Virus record (IMG/VR): IMGVR_UViG_3300031673_000001
Reading direction: 5' to 3' (one strand)
DNA: 64,000 bases
DNA from: a virus
Taxonomy: Duplodnaviria > Caudoviricetes
How positions within the stretch are numbered: position 1 is the stretch's first letter; the number at the start of each line of letters is the position of its first letter. Shown here one piece after another: positions 34,026 to 43,261 of this stretch. A model generated the notes under the pieces. The model saw only the letters and a program-made list of their open reading frames with translations. It did not search any database and was not told the origin of the DNA. The translations under genes and the position numbers were made by a program.

Positions 34026-34423
34026 ACTATTTCAATTCTCCAATCATCTATATGTGATTTGACATATTTTCTCAATGTATCTTCTGTTCCGCCTGTCTTT
34101 CTTTTTAGAACTTTTTCTACTCCCTCTTGATGTCTCATAACACAAGCAATTATTAAATCTGAATTTTTAGCTATATCACTATTTCTTACAAATCCAGCAC
34201 CTTTTCCAAATTTTTTCCAATTAGCATAAAATATAATAATTGGAATGCCATGATCTTTAGCGATCATTTCAGCAAATCTATCTCCACCTTTTGAACATCC
34301 ACCAGAACAAATAAAATCTCCTTCTTCATAAATACTTAAAAACTTTTGTTCAACAAGCTTATAAGAAAATTGATCATCCCTTCCTCTAGTCCCAACTATT
34401 CCTATTACTCTTTTTATTTTCAT
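34022..34423 (-). CDS. SLOG-superfamily (YspA/DUF2493-like) protein
   Basis: IGIVGTRG; SGGCSKGGDRFAE; GKGAGFVRNSDI; GGTEDT. Confidence 0.8.
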   Translation of the reverse strand: MKIKRVIGIVGTRGRDDQFSYKLVEQKFLSIYEEGDFICSGGCSKGGDRFAEMIAKDHGIPIIIFYANWKKFGKGAGFVRNSDIAKNSDLIIACVMRHQEGVEKVLKRKTGGTEDTLRKYVKSHIDDWRIEIV

Positions 34424-34425
34424 TT

Positions 34426-34791
34426 CTATTCCTTAAACTTACCTTCAACTCCTCTTCTTTGTCTATCTTGTGTTCTAGAATCTAACCAGTGTAAAGCTTC
34501 TTCTAATTTTGTCAAAGCTAAAGCATTTTCACGACAAGGAAAATTACCACTCTGAAATCCACGTAATCTATCAATAACAACTGCAATTAAATCTTCATTG
34601 AAGCAACCATTGGCCACTGTCTCTTCAACTGGTCCTTTTTGAAATTTAATCCTTGTGACCATTTGCCTACCTTCTTTTCTAATAATGTCATACTCATGAC
34701 AAGCTCCTCCCATACCAGGTTCATCAAAAGCATAAATAGTGGTAAATCTTTCTGATCCAATTTCTACTTTTCTCATTTTATTTCTCCTCAA
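34426..34791 (-). CDS. tad1: Thoeris anti-defence 1 (Tad1/Acb2-family) nucleotide-signal sponge
   Basis: GGACHEY, IKFQKGP, EDLIAVVIDRL..FQSG.F.CRENALALTKLEEALHWL..RT.DR..RGVEG; closely follows the Tad1 sequence as recalled. Confidence 0.88.
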   Translation of the reverse strand: MRRNKMRKVEIGSERFTTIYAFDEPGMGGACHEYDIIRKEGRQMVTRIKFQKGPVEETVANGCFNEDLIAVVIDRLRGFQSGNFPCRENALALTKLEEALHWLDSRTQDRQRRGVEGKFKE

Positions 34792-35357
34792 TATTCTTCA
34801 TTTTCATTAATATTTAAATGATTATAAACCCTATATTTTATTCCTGATTCTTTAAGCAAATATTGAGATGAGTAATCATAGTAACTTATCTTCGTAACTA
34901 TGATCTCATCTATTCCAGCATTTATAATTTCCACCATACATTGAGAACAAGGAATGCCACAATTCATATACAACTTTGCACCATTGGTAGCAATTCCATG
35001 TCTTGCAGCATTAATCAATACATTTCGTTCCGCGTGTCCTGCTAAACACCATTCAAGACCTTCACCTGATTTAAATCCCATCTCGGGAATATGTCTTGGA
35101 CATTTTCCTTCTAGATTTTCTTCATAAAATTCTTTAGTAACAAACTTAAAATTTGCCGCCTCTTGCATCTTCACATCATAATTCCATCTTTCATCACAAG
35201 TTCTTATTCCCCTTGGAGGTCCATTATATCCCTGACATATAATTGTTTTATCTCTAACTAATATAGCTCCAATTTGTCTAGATAGACATTGACTCTTTTT
35301 TGCCACAGTTCTACACATCTCATGATACCAAGGATCCCATTCCATCCCTTTTCTCAT
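34788..35357 (-). CDS. dCMP deaminase
   Basis: CLSRQIGA, GYNGPPRG, HAERN, PCSQC. Confidence 0.92.
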   Translation of the reverse strand: MRKGMEWDPWYHEMCRTVAKKSQCLSRQIGAILVRDKTIICQGYNGPPRGIRTCDERWNYDVKMQEAANFKFVTKEFYEENLEGKCPRHIPEMGFKSGEGLEWCLAGHAERNVLINAARHGIATNGAKLYMNCGIPCSQCMVEIINAGIDEIIVTKISYYDYSSQYLLKESGIKYRVYNHLNINENEEY

Positions 35358-35695
35358 CTATCATCTCCTTCTCCCTTTATTTTATTTCTTTCTTTCCTAT
35401 CTAATAATTTTTTCAAATTCTCTTCTGCAACTTCATCAAAATCTATTCCAAGAGTATCCATAAGTCTAGCAAGATACCACATAATATCTCCAGCTTCTTT
35501 GATAATCTCATCCATCCTTTTAGGAGTCATTTGACCATAATCATCTCTAAAATGTTTCTTTACCTTTTCAATAAGTTCTCCAGTTTCACCTCCAATTCCC
35601 AAAACATAATACAACCATGCTGGACTAATTCCATGCTCAGGTCCAGTTCCTCTATCCGTAATTCTAGTACTCATCTGATATTCTCTTAATTCCAT
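35354..35695 (-). CDS. MazG-like NTP pyrophosphohydrolase
   Basis: LGIGGETGELIEKVKK..RD; EAGDIMWY; N..KL.DR..R..IKG.GD.R. Confidence 0.9.
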   Translation of the reverse strand: MELREYQMSTRITDRGTGPEHGISPAWLYYVLGIGGETGELIEKVKKHFRDDYGQMTPKRMDEIIKEAGDIMWYLARLMDTLGIDFDEVAEENLKKLLDRKERNKIKGEGDDR

Positions 35696-36265
35696 TTATA
35701 AATCTCCATATCCACTAAAGATTTCACTTTTATCAATCTTCTTTTTTCTTAAAATTAAATTTACAATCCTCTTTGACATTCCGCTCAATGGAGCTTCTAA
35801 CCTTATTCGTTTTGATCCATTAACTTTGAGGACCTTATTTACACGACCCAACCATTCTTGTTTACAATCTGCAAATTGATTTAAATAATCATCCCAATCT
35901 GCTCCTAACCAAATAGTCTCTATTCCCTTACTTTCTGCTATAGATGCTGCAATTGATACAAACATCAAGTTACGACTAGGAACATGCATCTCATTGACTC
36001 CTTCATATGTTCCCTTAACACCATCCCCTGTTAAACCGCTATTGATATTAAGTCCATTAATCTTTACTGTATCCCAAGGAATTTGCTTCTTTGCTAAATA
36101 CTCACATGCTTTATCAAGTTCCTCAATATGAAGTTGTCCATATTCAATCAAAACACAATGCGGTTTCATATCTAAACCAAGTGCCAACTCCAACATCAAT
36201 ACGCTATCCGCACCACCACTAAATAAAATTACTACATCATCATCTCTCTTATTCCTCTTTCCCAT
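35696..36265 (-). CDS. queC: QueC-like PP-loop ATPase lacking the C-terminal Zn-binding segment
   Basis: LFSGGADS, YGQ.H..EL, VPSRN..F.SIAA..AE, D(C)..EW, APL; no CxxCxxC; start at MGKR (SD AAAGGAG). Confidence 0.8.
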   Translation of the reverse strand: MGKRNKRDDDVVILFSGGADSVLMLELALGLDMKPHCVLIEYGQLHIEELDKACEYLAKKQIPWDTVKINGLNINSGLTGDGVKGTYEGVNEMHVPSRNLMFVSIAASIAESKGIETIWLGADWDDYLNQFADCKQEWLGRVNKVLKVNGSKRIRLEAPLSGMSKRIVNLILRKKKIDKSEIFSGYGDL

Positions 36266-36286
36266 TTTTAAATCTCCTTTCAATCA

Positions 36287-36303
36287 ATTTTATTATTTGT
36301 TAC
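36287..36303 (-). promoter_or_regulatory. Motif B copy
   Basis: GTAACAAATAATAAAAT upstream of the queC SD. Confidence 0.55.
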
Positions 36304-36352
36304 CTTTAATAATTAAAACATCTCATAAATAAATTAGATATTAATCTCATTA

Positions 36353-36373
36353 CTATATATATAAATAATTGAA
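36353..36373 (+). promoter_or_regulatory. Motif A copy
   Basis: CTATATATATAAATAATTGAA. Confidence 0.65.
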
Positions 36374-36409
36374 TATAAACTGTCACCCCTCTAAAAAGGA
36401 GATTAATAT

Positions 36410-36577
36410 ATGGAAAAATTAACAAAATCCATATTAATTATTCTGCAACTTGGAGTAATTGTCATGACCATATTTATGAAAATATTTTCAAACCTAGTTG
36501 GAAAATTTTCTGGAGCAATAGAAACATCAGACCCAAATGGGAATGGAAATGAGAATAATGGAAAGGATACAGTATGA
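36410..36577 (+). CDS. Small membrane protein (55 aa, below the track cutoff)
   Basis: SD AAGGAG; MEKLTKSILIILQLGVIVMTIF...; TGA overlaps the next ATG. Confidence 0.5.
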   Translation: MEKLTKSILIILQLGVIVMTIFMKIFSNLVGKFSGAIETSDPNGNGNENNGKDTV

Positions 36578-36783
36578 AAAACAAATTTGTAGGTTTAGAC
36601 ATAGCATACTCTTCATTTGCATCGTTTCTGCATATGTTATTTCTAATATTAAATGGAATATCATATGTAGGTTTGTTGATGTTAAAATCTAACATCAACA
36701 AATTAAAACCAAAATCAGACGATACAAAGAAAAAAAAGAAACAATCAATCAGAGAAGAAATTAAAAAATTTCTAACAGTCTAA
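36574..36783 (+). CDS. Small membrane protein
   Basis: One hydrophobic segment and a basic tail. Confidence 0.55.
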   Translation: MKNKFVGLDIAYSSFASFLHMLFLILNGISYVGLLMLKSNINKLKPKSDDTKKKKKQSIREEIKKFLTV

Positions 36784-36801
36784 AGAAAAGGAGAAATTAT
36801 C

Positions 36802-37569
36802 ATGGAAAAAGAAAAAGCAGAAAAAATCTTGAAAATTGCTAAAACCGCAGGTAAGATTGTAACAACTCTTTCAAAAATCCTGTTGGTATTATTGGTAATA
36901 GCTGGCAGCGGATTCATTGGTGCTGGAGCTCACATGATCTTCAGAGTTCCGGAACCTCTTCCTATTATTCCCCCATGTCCAACGTGTGAAACCTGTCCCG
37001 AGGTTGCGGAAGTTGCGGAATGTCCCGAAGTTGCAGAAACTCCAAAGTCTGAATCTGCCTGGTATGCCCAGTTATGGGATGCAGTAACTCCAGGTAACGC
37101 AACAGCTGAAATTCCTCCTGCTGTTGTTACGAAATATCAAAAACTTACTCCTACCATTGTTCCTGCTACCAAAATTACTATTACTCCTCCTGTTGCTGCT
37201 CCTCCCCCGGAACCAAGATCACTATTTAAAATCTGGTGGGAAGATACCTTTCAAACCTGGTTGAGTAAGACGTTTGGTTGGAAAGAACAAATAACTACAA
37301 TTACCAAAGAAACAACAGTGGTTGTTCAAACAACATTGTCCAATGATACAAAAGAATTATTGAACAAAAACATGGCAAGAATAGTTGAACTGACAGCTAA
37401 GATGACCGATAAAAAGATGAACGTTAAAAATAGAAAGGGAATTCAGAAAAGAATAAACTTTCATATTGAGACTATTGTTGCCCTAATCGAAAAAGATGAT
37501 GGGAAAAAAGTTGCTCCTATTATCGACTTAGATTCAAAACCTAAAAAACCAGTCGCTCCCAAAGGATAA
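36802..37569 (+). CDS. Membrane-anchored Pro/Thr-rich protein
   Basis: TM at residues ~20-45; short CPEVAE repeats; higher GC than the surroundings. Confidence 0.75.
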   Translation: MEKEKAEKILKIAKTAGKIVTTLSKILLVLLVIAGSGFIGAGAHMIFRVPEPLPIIPPCPTCETCPEVAEVAECPEVAETPKSESAWYAQLWDAVTPGNATAEIPPAVVTKYQKLTPTIVPATKITITPPVAAPPPEPRSLFKIWWEDTFQTWLSKTFGWKEQITTITKETTVVVQTTLSNDTKELLNKNMARIVELTAKMTDKKMNVKNRKGIQKRINFHIETIVALIEKDDGKKVAPIIDLDSKPKKPVAPKG

Positions 37570-37587
37570 TGGTTCAGCATACGATTC

Positions 37588-37632
37588 AAAAAAAATATAA
37601 GTGGATTTCTATAACCCACTTATATTTTTTTC
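37588..37632. terminator. Bidirectional intrinsic terminator
   Basis: A-run ATATAAGTGG / CCACTTATAT T-run between convergent genes. Confidence 0.75.
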
Positions 37633-38639
37633 CAAATATCATAATTTTTTTTGTTGACATTTTCAAAAGAATAAATTTTCTCTCTTCCATCCAATGCATT
37701 TTTCTTAAATCTATCTCTGGATTTTATCCCATCCCTTAATCTTCTCATAGCTGTATTTGCATTACATTCTATCACCCCTTGTTGTTTAAAAAATGGCAAT
37801 AATCTAACTGTATCTCTAACAATCAATGGAGTTCCAGACATTAATATTTCTGTTGATACTCTCGGGCAACCATCATTTTGATTACTCATATTTATTCCAA
37901 AGAAACTTCTATTTAAAATTTCATTCAACTTTTCTCTAACAACTGATCCCATAAAATGGATATTCTTTAATCCCCTATCTTTTGCCATTTGATGTCCAAC
38001 TTCTGGTTTATTACCGCAATGAACAATTTTCATTTTTCTTAAACTACTACAACTACCAATTACATCCATAAAAAATGCTTGACCTTTATATGATGACTGA
38101 CTAAAATTGGATGGCCAGCAGAAGTGCCAGTCTTTTGTAACATTCTCTAATGGTTTAAATATTTCTGGAGAAGCTGTTTTGTAGAAAGGCATTGAATTCT
38201 TTGCTTTTTCAATATCTCTCTCATCTTCTATCAAATAGATATCATATTTACCACCCCATTGAGATGTTATTCTACGACCAGCACCTAAATACAATTTAAG
38301 ACCAAATTGTTTTGGTTTTTCTTTTGTGATCTTATCGTATTCCAGAAACCCGCCTCTAAAAAATGATATTTCTGGTTTTTCATAATCATATGTTTCATTA
38401 AAATTACGAACCCATCTCTGTATAAACTGTTTTCCATTAACGTCAAATATAATATCTGGTCTATCTCTTTTAGTCAATCTCCAGATAATTACTTCATCAA
38501 AAAAATTATTTTTCAGCAACCATAGAGGTAGGAGTAAATAATAATCGTGACACTTCTTTTCAAATGTTTCAAGATCTTTAAATTTATGATAATATTCTAA
38601 ACTCTTTATATCTGATCTAAACAACCAAAAGCTTCTCAT
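37620..38639 (-). CDS. GT-B glycosyltransferase-like protein
   Basis: GSVVREKLNEILN..FFGINMS..DGCPRVSTEILMSGTPLIV. Confidence 0.7.
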   Translation of the reverse strand: MRSFWLFRSDIKSLEYYHKFKDLETFEKKCHDYYLLLPLWLLKNNFFDEVIIWRLTKRDRPDIIFDVNGKQFIQRWVRNFNETYDYEKPEISFFRGGFLEYDKITKEKPKQFGLKLYLGAGRRITSQWGGKYDIYLIEDERDIEKAKNSMPFYKTASPEIFKPLENVTKDWHFCWPSNFSQSSYKGQAFFMDVIGSCSSLRKMKIVHCGNKPEVGHQMAKDRGLKNIHFMGSVVREKLNEILNRSFFGINMSNQNDGCPRVSTEILMSGTPLIVRDTVRLLPFFKQQGVIECNANTAMRRLRDGIKSRDRFKKNALDGREKIYSFENVNKKNYDIWKKI

Positions 38640-39292
38640 AATCTATATTCCAATCTTTCAGTAAATTGATCGTAGTCTATTTCTAGATTAGAATTACTTC
38701 TAACTCTATATGCATATGCTCTTTCAGGATTTATTTTTCCAAACTTTAATGTAGTGTTCATAACACTCTTAACTATCTTTTTATCATCTTTTAAATTTAA
38801 AAATTTAAAAATTTTAGATAAATATAATTCAGGTTCTAAAACTAAATCTTCATAAACAATAGTAGCGCATCTTCTATCTGTATTAATAAAATCAATATAC
38901 TTGGGGAGAGAATTAAAAATTAAATCTAATGCATTTTTACCAGGAGAACCATTCAAACTTCCTGATGATGCTACATCAATAGGGTGTCGTAATATATGAA
39001 TTATTCTAGCTTTCTTTCCAAAAAACTTCAACCACTTTTTTGAAAATCCTATTACTCTCTCCCCATGTTTATCACTTGGTCTATTACCCCAAGGGATCTT
39101 TTCTCCCCAAGCATATTTCTTTAAATTAGGGACTCTCTTTTTCGCCATCATCACAATCCAGTCTTTCGGTTTATCAAATTCGATATATCCCTCTTCGGAC
39201 TCAATCCAACCAACTTCAGGATGACAATTAATTAATTGTTGTAGCAACGTTGTACCACTATGTTGAAATCCTGTTATCAATATTTTATTCAT
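38636..39292 (-). CDS. Sulfotransferase family protein
   Basis: PAPS loop ITGFQHSGTTLL..LIN.HP; WGEK.P; IHILRHPIDVASS; IVYEDLV..PE. Confidence 0.88.
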   Translation of the reverse strand: MNKILITGFQHSGTTLLQQLINCHPEVGWIESEEGYIEFDKPKDWIVMMAKKRVPNLKKYAWGEKIPWGNRPSDKHGERVIGFSKKWLKFFGKKARIIHILRHPIDVASSGSLNGSPGKNALDLIFNSLPKYIDFINTDRRCATIVYEDLVLEPELYLSKIFKFLNLKDDKKIVKSVMNTTLKFGKINPERAYAYRVRSNSNLEIDYDQFTERLEYRL

Positions 39293-39630
39293 TTTGCAGT
39301 AGTATCTTCTGATGGATCTTGTTCAGAAGCTTGATATGGTTCATAAGAAGGTTCTGGATTCCTATAATACATATAATCTATCATACTTTCCGAATACCAT
39401 TTTTCAACACTACCATTATCAAGCAAACAAATATTTCCTCCTGTCTGATTAACACCCAACGCTGTAATATTTCCTACAAAACCAATATTTCTAACCTGAA
39501 CATAATCTCCAATATAATGTTCGAAAACAACAATATTCTCTATTGGAGGTGGTGGTGGCATTGGTCCAGGCATAATATTAGGATCTGGAATCATTCTTGC
39601 CTCTTTACTTTCACCAGTTTTCTTACTCAT
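39289..39630 (-). CDS. Hypothetical protein with a polyproline tract
   Basis: MPGPMPPPPP; SD AAGGAGG. Confidence 0.6.
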   Translation of the reverse strand: MSKKTGESKEARMIPDPNIMPGPMPPPPPIENIVVFEHYIGDYVQVRNIGFVGNITALGVNQTGGNICLLDNGSVEKWYSESMIDYMYYRNPEPSYEPYQASEQDPSEDTTAK

Positions 39631-39697
39631 TTTGTATTCCTCCTTGCTAGTTTATTAGTTTGTACAACACTTATAAATAACTTTATATTATTTACAA

Positions 39698-39718
39698 CTA
39701 TATATATAAATAAATGAA
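39698..39718 (+). promoter_or_regulatory. Motif A copy
   Basis: CTATATATATAAATAAATGAA. Confidence 0.65.
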
Positions 39719-39759
39719 TAGGGAACTTTTATACTAAAAATTTAATAAGGGGGTTTTAC

Positions 39760-39999
39760 ATGGATCGACGTAGTTATGAAGACACTAATTATCCAGAGAC
39801 ACCAGAAATAGTTGGCAGAGGAAGTGATATATCATTTACCTCATCAACACAAGGTGGCATGTGGTGTCCTCTTTGCTTCTTCTTAGAGAGAAAATATCAC
39901 TGGATAGAAAATGTATCAGAAAATAAATTTGCACTATGTAACAAACAAAACAAAAAATTTCAAGTGACTAGAGAACATATTAATAGAAAGCATTTATAA
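39760..39999 (+). CDS. Hypothetical protein
   Basis: CPLC motif; single gene downstream of motif A. Confidence 0.6.
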   Translation: MDRRSYEDTNYPETPEIVGRGSDISFTSSTQGGMWCPLCFFLERKYHWIENVSENKFALCNKQNKKFQVTREHINRKHL

Positions 40000-40872
40000 T
40001 AAACTCCGTGCTCCTGCCAACATATCTCTCGTAACACTCAAATCTCTACATGTCCAGGCATCCCATGCAAAATTACGAACATAGTAATAACTTACATAAC
40101 CATATCCTTTTTGTCCCCACTTATCTGACCAACTATTTTTAAATTTGATGAGTTTTTTATTATCATCATAACCTACAGCACAGACAGCATGACCGCCATA
40201 ACAAAATTGTGGATACTTCGGATCTTCAACTATACCATCATCTCCAACAGACAACATCTCTTCATACACTCCCATTCCAAGAACAACGGGACCATCTTTT
40301 AAAGCATCCCTTAGTTCTTCTAATGATGTAACCCTCCAGTATGAATCAATCAATGCCCACCTGGCAACAAGATGCGCCCACTTCTCTGGAGAACCCTTGA
40401 CTACATCATCATATGGCCAAGCTTTCTCAGTTGGAGATCCAATTCTATGTAAAACTTTCATAGCACATCTAATTGATGTTCCTTCGATGCCTGGCCACGG
40501 ATCAATCTTTTTACTCATCCAATAAATCCAAGCTTCTGAAAGATCATAATACTTATCACTTCTATGATCAAATTTTCCAGATTCAACCTCTGCTCGATGT
40601 TCCTTTTGCTCTTGCCATTCTTTTAAAGCAGCAACTGAAAAACCAACGCAACTCCCCAATCTCATTTGATCTTTAACAGGAGACATAGAATCTGTCCAAT
40701 CAACTGAATTTGGAGATAATAATCTAGCATCAGCTATACTAGCATATGGAGCTCTTGGTTCATATAGATAATCTCTTTCATCATAACTATCTTTTCTATA
40801 AGTAAAACTGTATTGTTTTTCTGTTGGTCTTTTCATTCCTGGCATTTTTATATCCTCGCTTAATATCTCCAA
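39994..40872 (-). CDS. Papain-like C1A cysteine protease
   Basis: VDWT..MSPVKDQ..LGSCVGF; GHAV.AVGYD; KNSW...WG..GYG. Confidence 0.93.
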   Translation of the reverse strand: MEILSEDIKMPGMKRPTEKQYSFTYRKDSYDERDYLYEPRAPYASIADARLLSPNSVDWTDSMSPVKDQMRLGSCVGFSVAALKEWQEQKEHRAEVESGKFDHRSDKYYDLSEAWIYWMSKKIDPWPGIEGTSIRCAMKVLHRIGSPTEKAWPYDDVVKGSPEKWAHLVARWALIDSYWRVTSLEELRDALKDGPVVLGMGVYEEMLSVGDDGIVEDPKYPQFCYGGHAVCAVGYDDNKKLIKFKNSWSDKWGQKGYGYVSYYYVRNFAWDAWTCRDLSVTRDMLAGARSLL

Positions 40873-41873
40873 TCTGGAATCTGTTCTAATCTAGTATCAA
40901 ATATATTTGCTTTTTTATCAGATCTGATTCTCTTAAAAGATGGATGTGAAAAGGTAATGGATTGTTTATATCCAATTTTTTCATATTTTTTATTTTTAAA
41001 TCTATATGTTGGAGTATCAGTAAATCTAAATCTAAAAAATTTCATCTCAATAACCAATAACGGTTTGATAAAAACTTCTCCACCTTCTCTATATAATTCA
41101 TTATCAATTATAAATTTATACATTGAAGATCTACTCTGATCTGTAAAACCGGTTCCTACCTTTGAACTCGATCTAATCAAATCATTCTTATCAATAAAAC
41201 CTGTTAATAAATATGAAACTTGACTCTTTTCCCAAGCAGGTAATTTTTCTCTACCTGCACCTATGACTAATAAATCAACAGTATTGGAAAATTTAATCTT
41301 ATAATTTTTACCTTTTAGATCTCGAGCTACTATGCCATCAAATCCCTCTTTTGAACTTGCTTCGCTGTATAATTCCCTAAATTTTTCTATTCCTCCAATA
41401 GCTATTTTTGGATTTGAAATATGTTTAGATTTAAATCTATTTTTAATCAATGGAAGTATCTGTCTGAAATTCAAACTTTTATTATCTATAGAATAAACAT
41501 CCAATGGATAATGATAAATTAAATCTTTATTCTCCGGTTTGTGATATGTTTTAACAATACTCATGGTTTCATTGAATGGAAGAATTTCTTTATTTTTCTT
41601 TGCAACCAGTTCCCCTGGAATTTTAGCTTCCTTAATCCCAAGATCTTGTAGAATTTTCATATACTCATCAACCAAAGGAATCTCATTAATTATTCCACCC
41701 CAAGATGTTTGAAAGAATCCACTATTACCATCATAGATAAACATCCCCAACATTCCATCAACCTTTTCCATATATATTACATTCGATTCTGAAGGGAAGT
41801 CAGTAACAAAATCATCATATGAATATTGTATCAACTTCGTTTTCTTTTTCCATTCATACGCATAATTTATCAT
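40860..41873 (-). CDS. ATP-dependent DNA ligase (LigD/LigC-like ligase domain)
   Basis: EKVDG (motif I), GELVA, DGIVAR, YKIK, DLLVIG, VGTGF, HPSFKRIRSDK. Confidence 0.88.
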   Translation of the reverse strand: MINYAYEWKKKTKLIQYSYDDFVTDFPSESNVIYMEKVDGMLGMFIYDGNSGFFQTSWGGIINEIPLVDEYMKILQDLGIKEAKIPGELVAKKNKEILPFNETMSIVKTYHKPENKDLIYHYPLDVYSIDNKSLNFRQILPLIKNRFKSKHISNPKIAIGGIEKFRELYSEASSKEGFDGIVARDLKGKNYKIKFSNTVDLLVIGAGREKLPAWEKSQVSYLLTGFIDKNDLIRSSSKVGTGFTDQSRSSMYKFIIDNELYREGGEVFIKPLLVIEMKFFRFRFTDTPTYRFKNKKYEKIGYKQSITFSHPSFKRIRSDKKANIFDTRLEQIPDWRY

Positions 41874-42571
41874 TATGATATCCTTGCTTTATTTTGATTA
41901 AATTTAAACAGGTCATTATAAGATACCTCCATGCATTTCAATCCAACAAGAGATAATGAATGTAATGTTATATAATTACCTCGAAATTTGTTAGGAGCTA
42001 AATCTATATTTGGAACACCTGCTTTTCGTTTTCCAGATATAGTATATATTTTAGCTAATTCAGATTGTTGTAAAAATTTTTGAAGTAGAAAACGAATTGA
42101 ATCAATTTTCATCTTTCTATTAAAATAGCATATTATATGAAATGAGGTCTTCCCTGTAAATCTTATTTGAGCTTTTCTGACAATTGGCATCTTATCCATT
42201 GCAAATTCATATACATCATTAGTAGCTTTCTGCGCCCATTTGAATCCATCATAATCGGTAACATCAATATCAATAATACCAAAATCTTCATAATTTCCCA
42301 TTGATGAATATATAGTTACTGTTCTACCAGTAATAACTTCATCATAATTTTGTGGAGTTAATCTTATCCAATCTTGACCTTTAGCATGTCTTCGCAATAC
42401 TGTCTTATTCAAATCTACCATAAGTCCAAACATAAGATCCCTAGATTTTGTTTCATTTAAAATTTCACGTTTGACTTTTTGATAATACGTCCAGATATCT
42501 ATCTCTCTCAGACCTTTAGGATAATATGAATTTTTTAAAACTATAGTTTCTGGATTTTTTGGATATGCCAT
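41873..42571 (-). CDS. LigD-type primase-polymerase (AEP) domain protein
   Basis: YP.G...DIW.YY; IIDID (DxD); FTGKTSFHI; IDL..N; LHSL. Confidence 0.75.
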   Translation of the reverse strand: MAYPKNPETIVLKNSYYPKGLREIDIWTYYQKVKREILNETKSRDLMFGLMVDLNKTVLRRHAKGQDWIRLTPQNYDEVITGRTVTIYSSMGNYEDFGIIDIDVTDYDGFKWAQKATNDVYEFAMDKMPIVRKAQIRFTGKTSFHIICYFNRKMKIDSIRFLLQKFLQQSELAKIYTISGKRKAGVPNIDLAPNKFRGNYITLHSLSLVGLKCMEVSYNDLFKFNQNKARIS

Positions 42572-42610
42572 TTATTACTCCTTTTTATCTCCTATATATA
42601 TATGTTCTAA

Positions 42611-42631
42611 CTATATATATAAATAACTGAA
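42611..42631 (+). promoter_or_regulatory. Motif A copy
   Basis: CTATATATATAAATAACTGAA. Confidence 0.65.
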
Positions 42632-42668
42632 CAGAGAACGCTTACACTAAATTTTAAGGAGATGCAAA

Positions 42669-42890
42669 ATGAATACATTAGAACAACAAGAACTTCTAAA
42701 AGAACTTCTAAAAGATCTGAAAAAAGAACAAATGTTTCTAGAAGCTAAAAGAAGAAATCCGGGAAAACAAATTACACCCTGCGGAAACCGAAAAACAATA
42801 CTTCAAAGCTTTGATGAGTTTGGAGGACAACTTGGCTTATGGTATAATGTAGGCAAAGACACTAAATTAGTGCCAGAGAACGATGTATGA
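42669..42890 (+). CDS. Hypothetical protein
   Basis: SD AAGGAG. Confidence 0.65.
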   Translation: MNTLEQQELLKELLKDLKKEQMFLEAKRRNPGKQITPCGNRKTILQSFDEFGGQLGLWYNVGKDTKLVPENDV

Positions 42891-42916
42891 TTTTATATCG
42901 TCTTCTGATTTAACTC

Positions 42917-42951
42917 AAAAAAGGGGTCAATAAAGTTTCAACCCCTTTTTT
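42917..42951. terminator. Bidirectional intrinsic terminator
   Basis: AAAAAAGGGGT ... ACCCCTTTTTT between convergent genes. Confidence 0.7.
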
Positions 42952-42952
42952 T

Positions 42953-43261
42953 CTAAAAATTTAAACAAAAAGCATCAACATTATAAACATGAACTATCTC
43001 AATACGAACTCTATCACCCTTTGAAAAAGGATGGAGCAATTTTAAATTACTTAAAATTTCAACTATATAACCACAACTACAAACTTCAATAACTCGACCC
43101 CAAATTCTCTCATAACCTTGATTAAATTCAATACAGTAACCAACTTCAACATCTGATAATTTTTGTATAGGATTAGGTGACTCATTACAACTATATTCTC
43201 TTGATAATGCCCAAGCATCAACACAGTCATTACATTTATAATCATATACACTACAACCCAT
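42953..43261 (-). CDS. Cys-rich hypothetical protein
   Basis: 102 aa; ERIWGRV SH3-like segment. Confidence 0.6.
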   Translation of the reverse strand: MGCSVYDYKCNDCVDAWALSREYSCNESPNPIQKLSDVEVGYCIEFNQGYERIWGRVIEVCSCGYIVEILSNLKLLHPFSKGDRVRIEIVHVYNVDAFCLNF

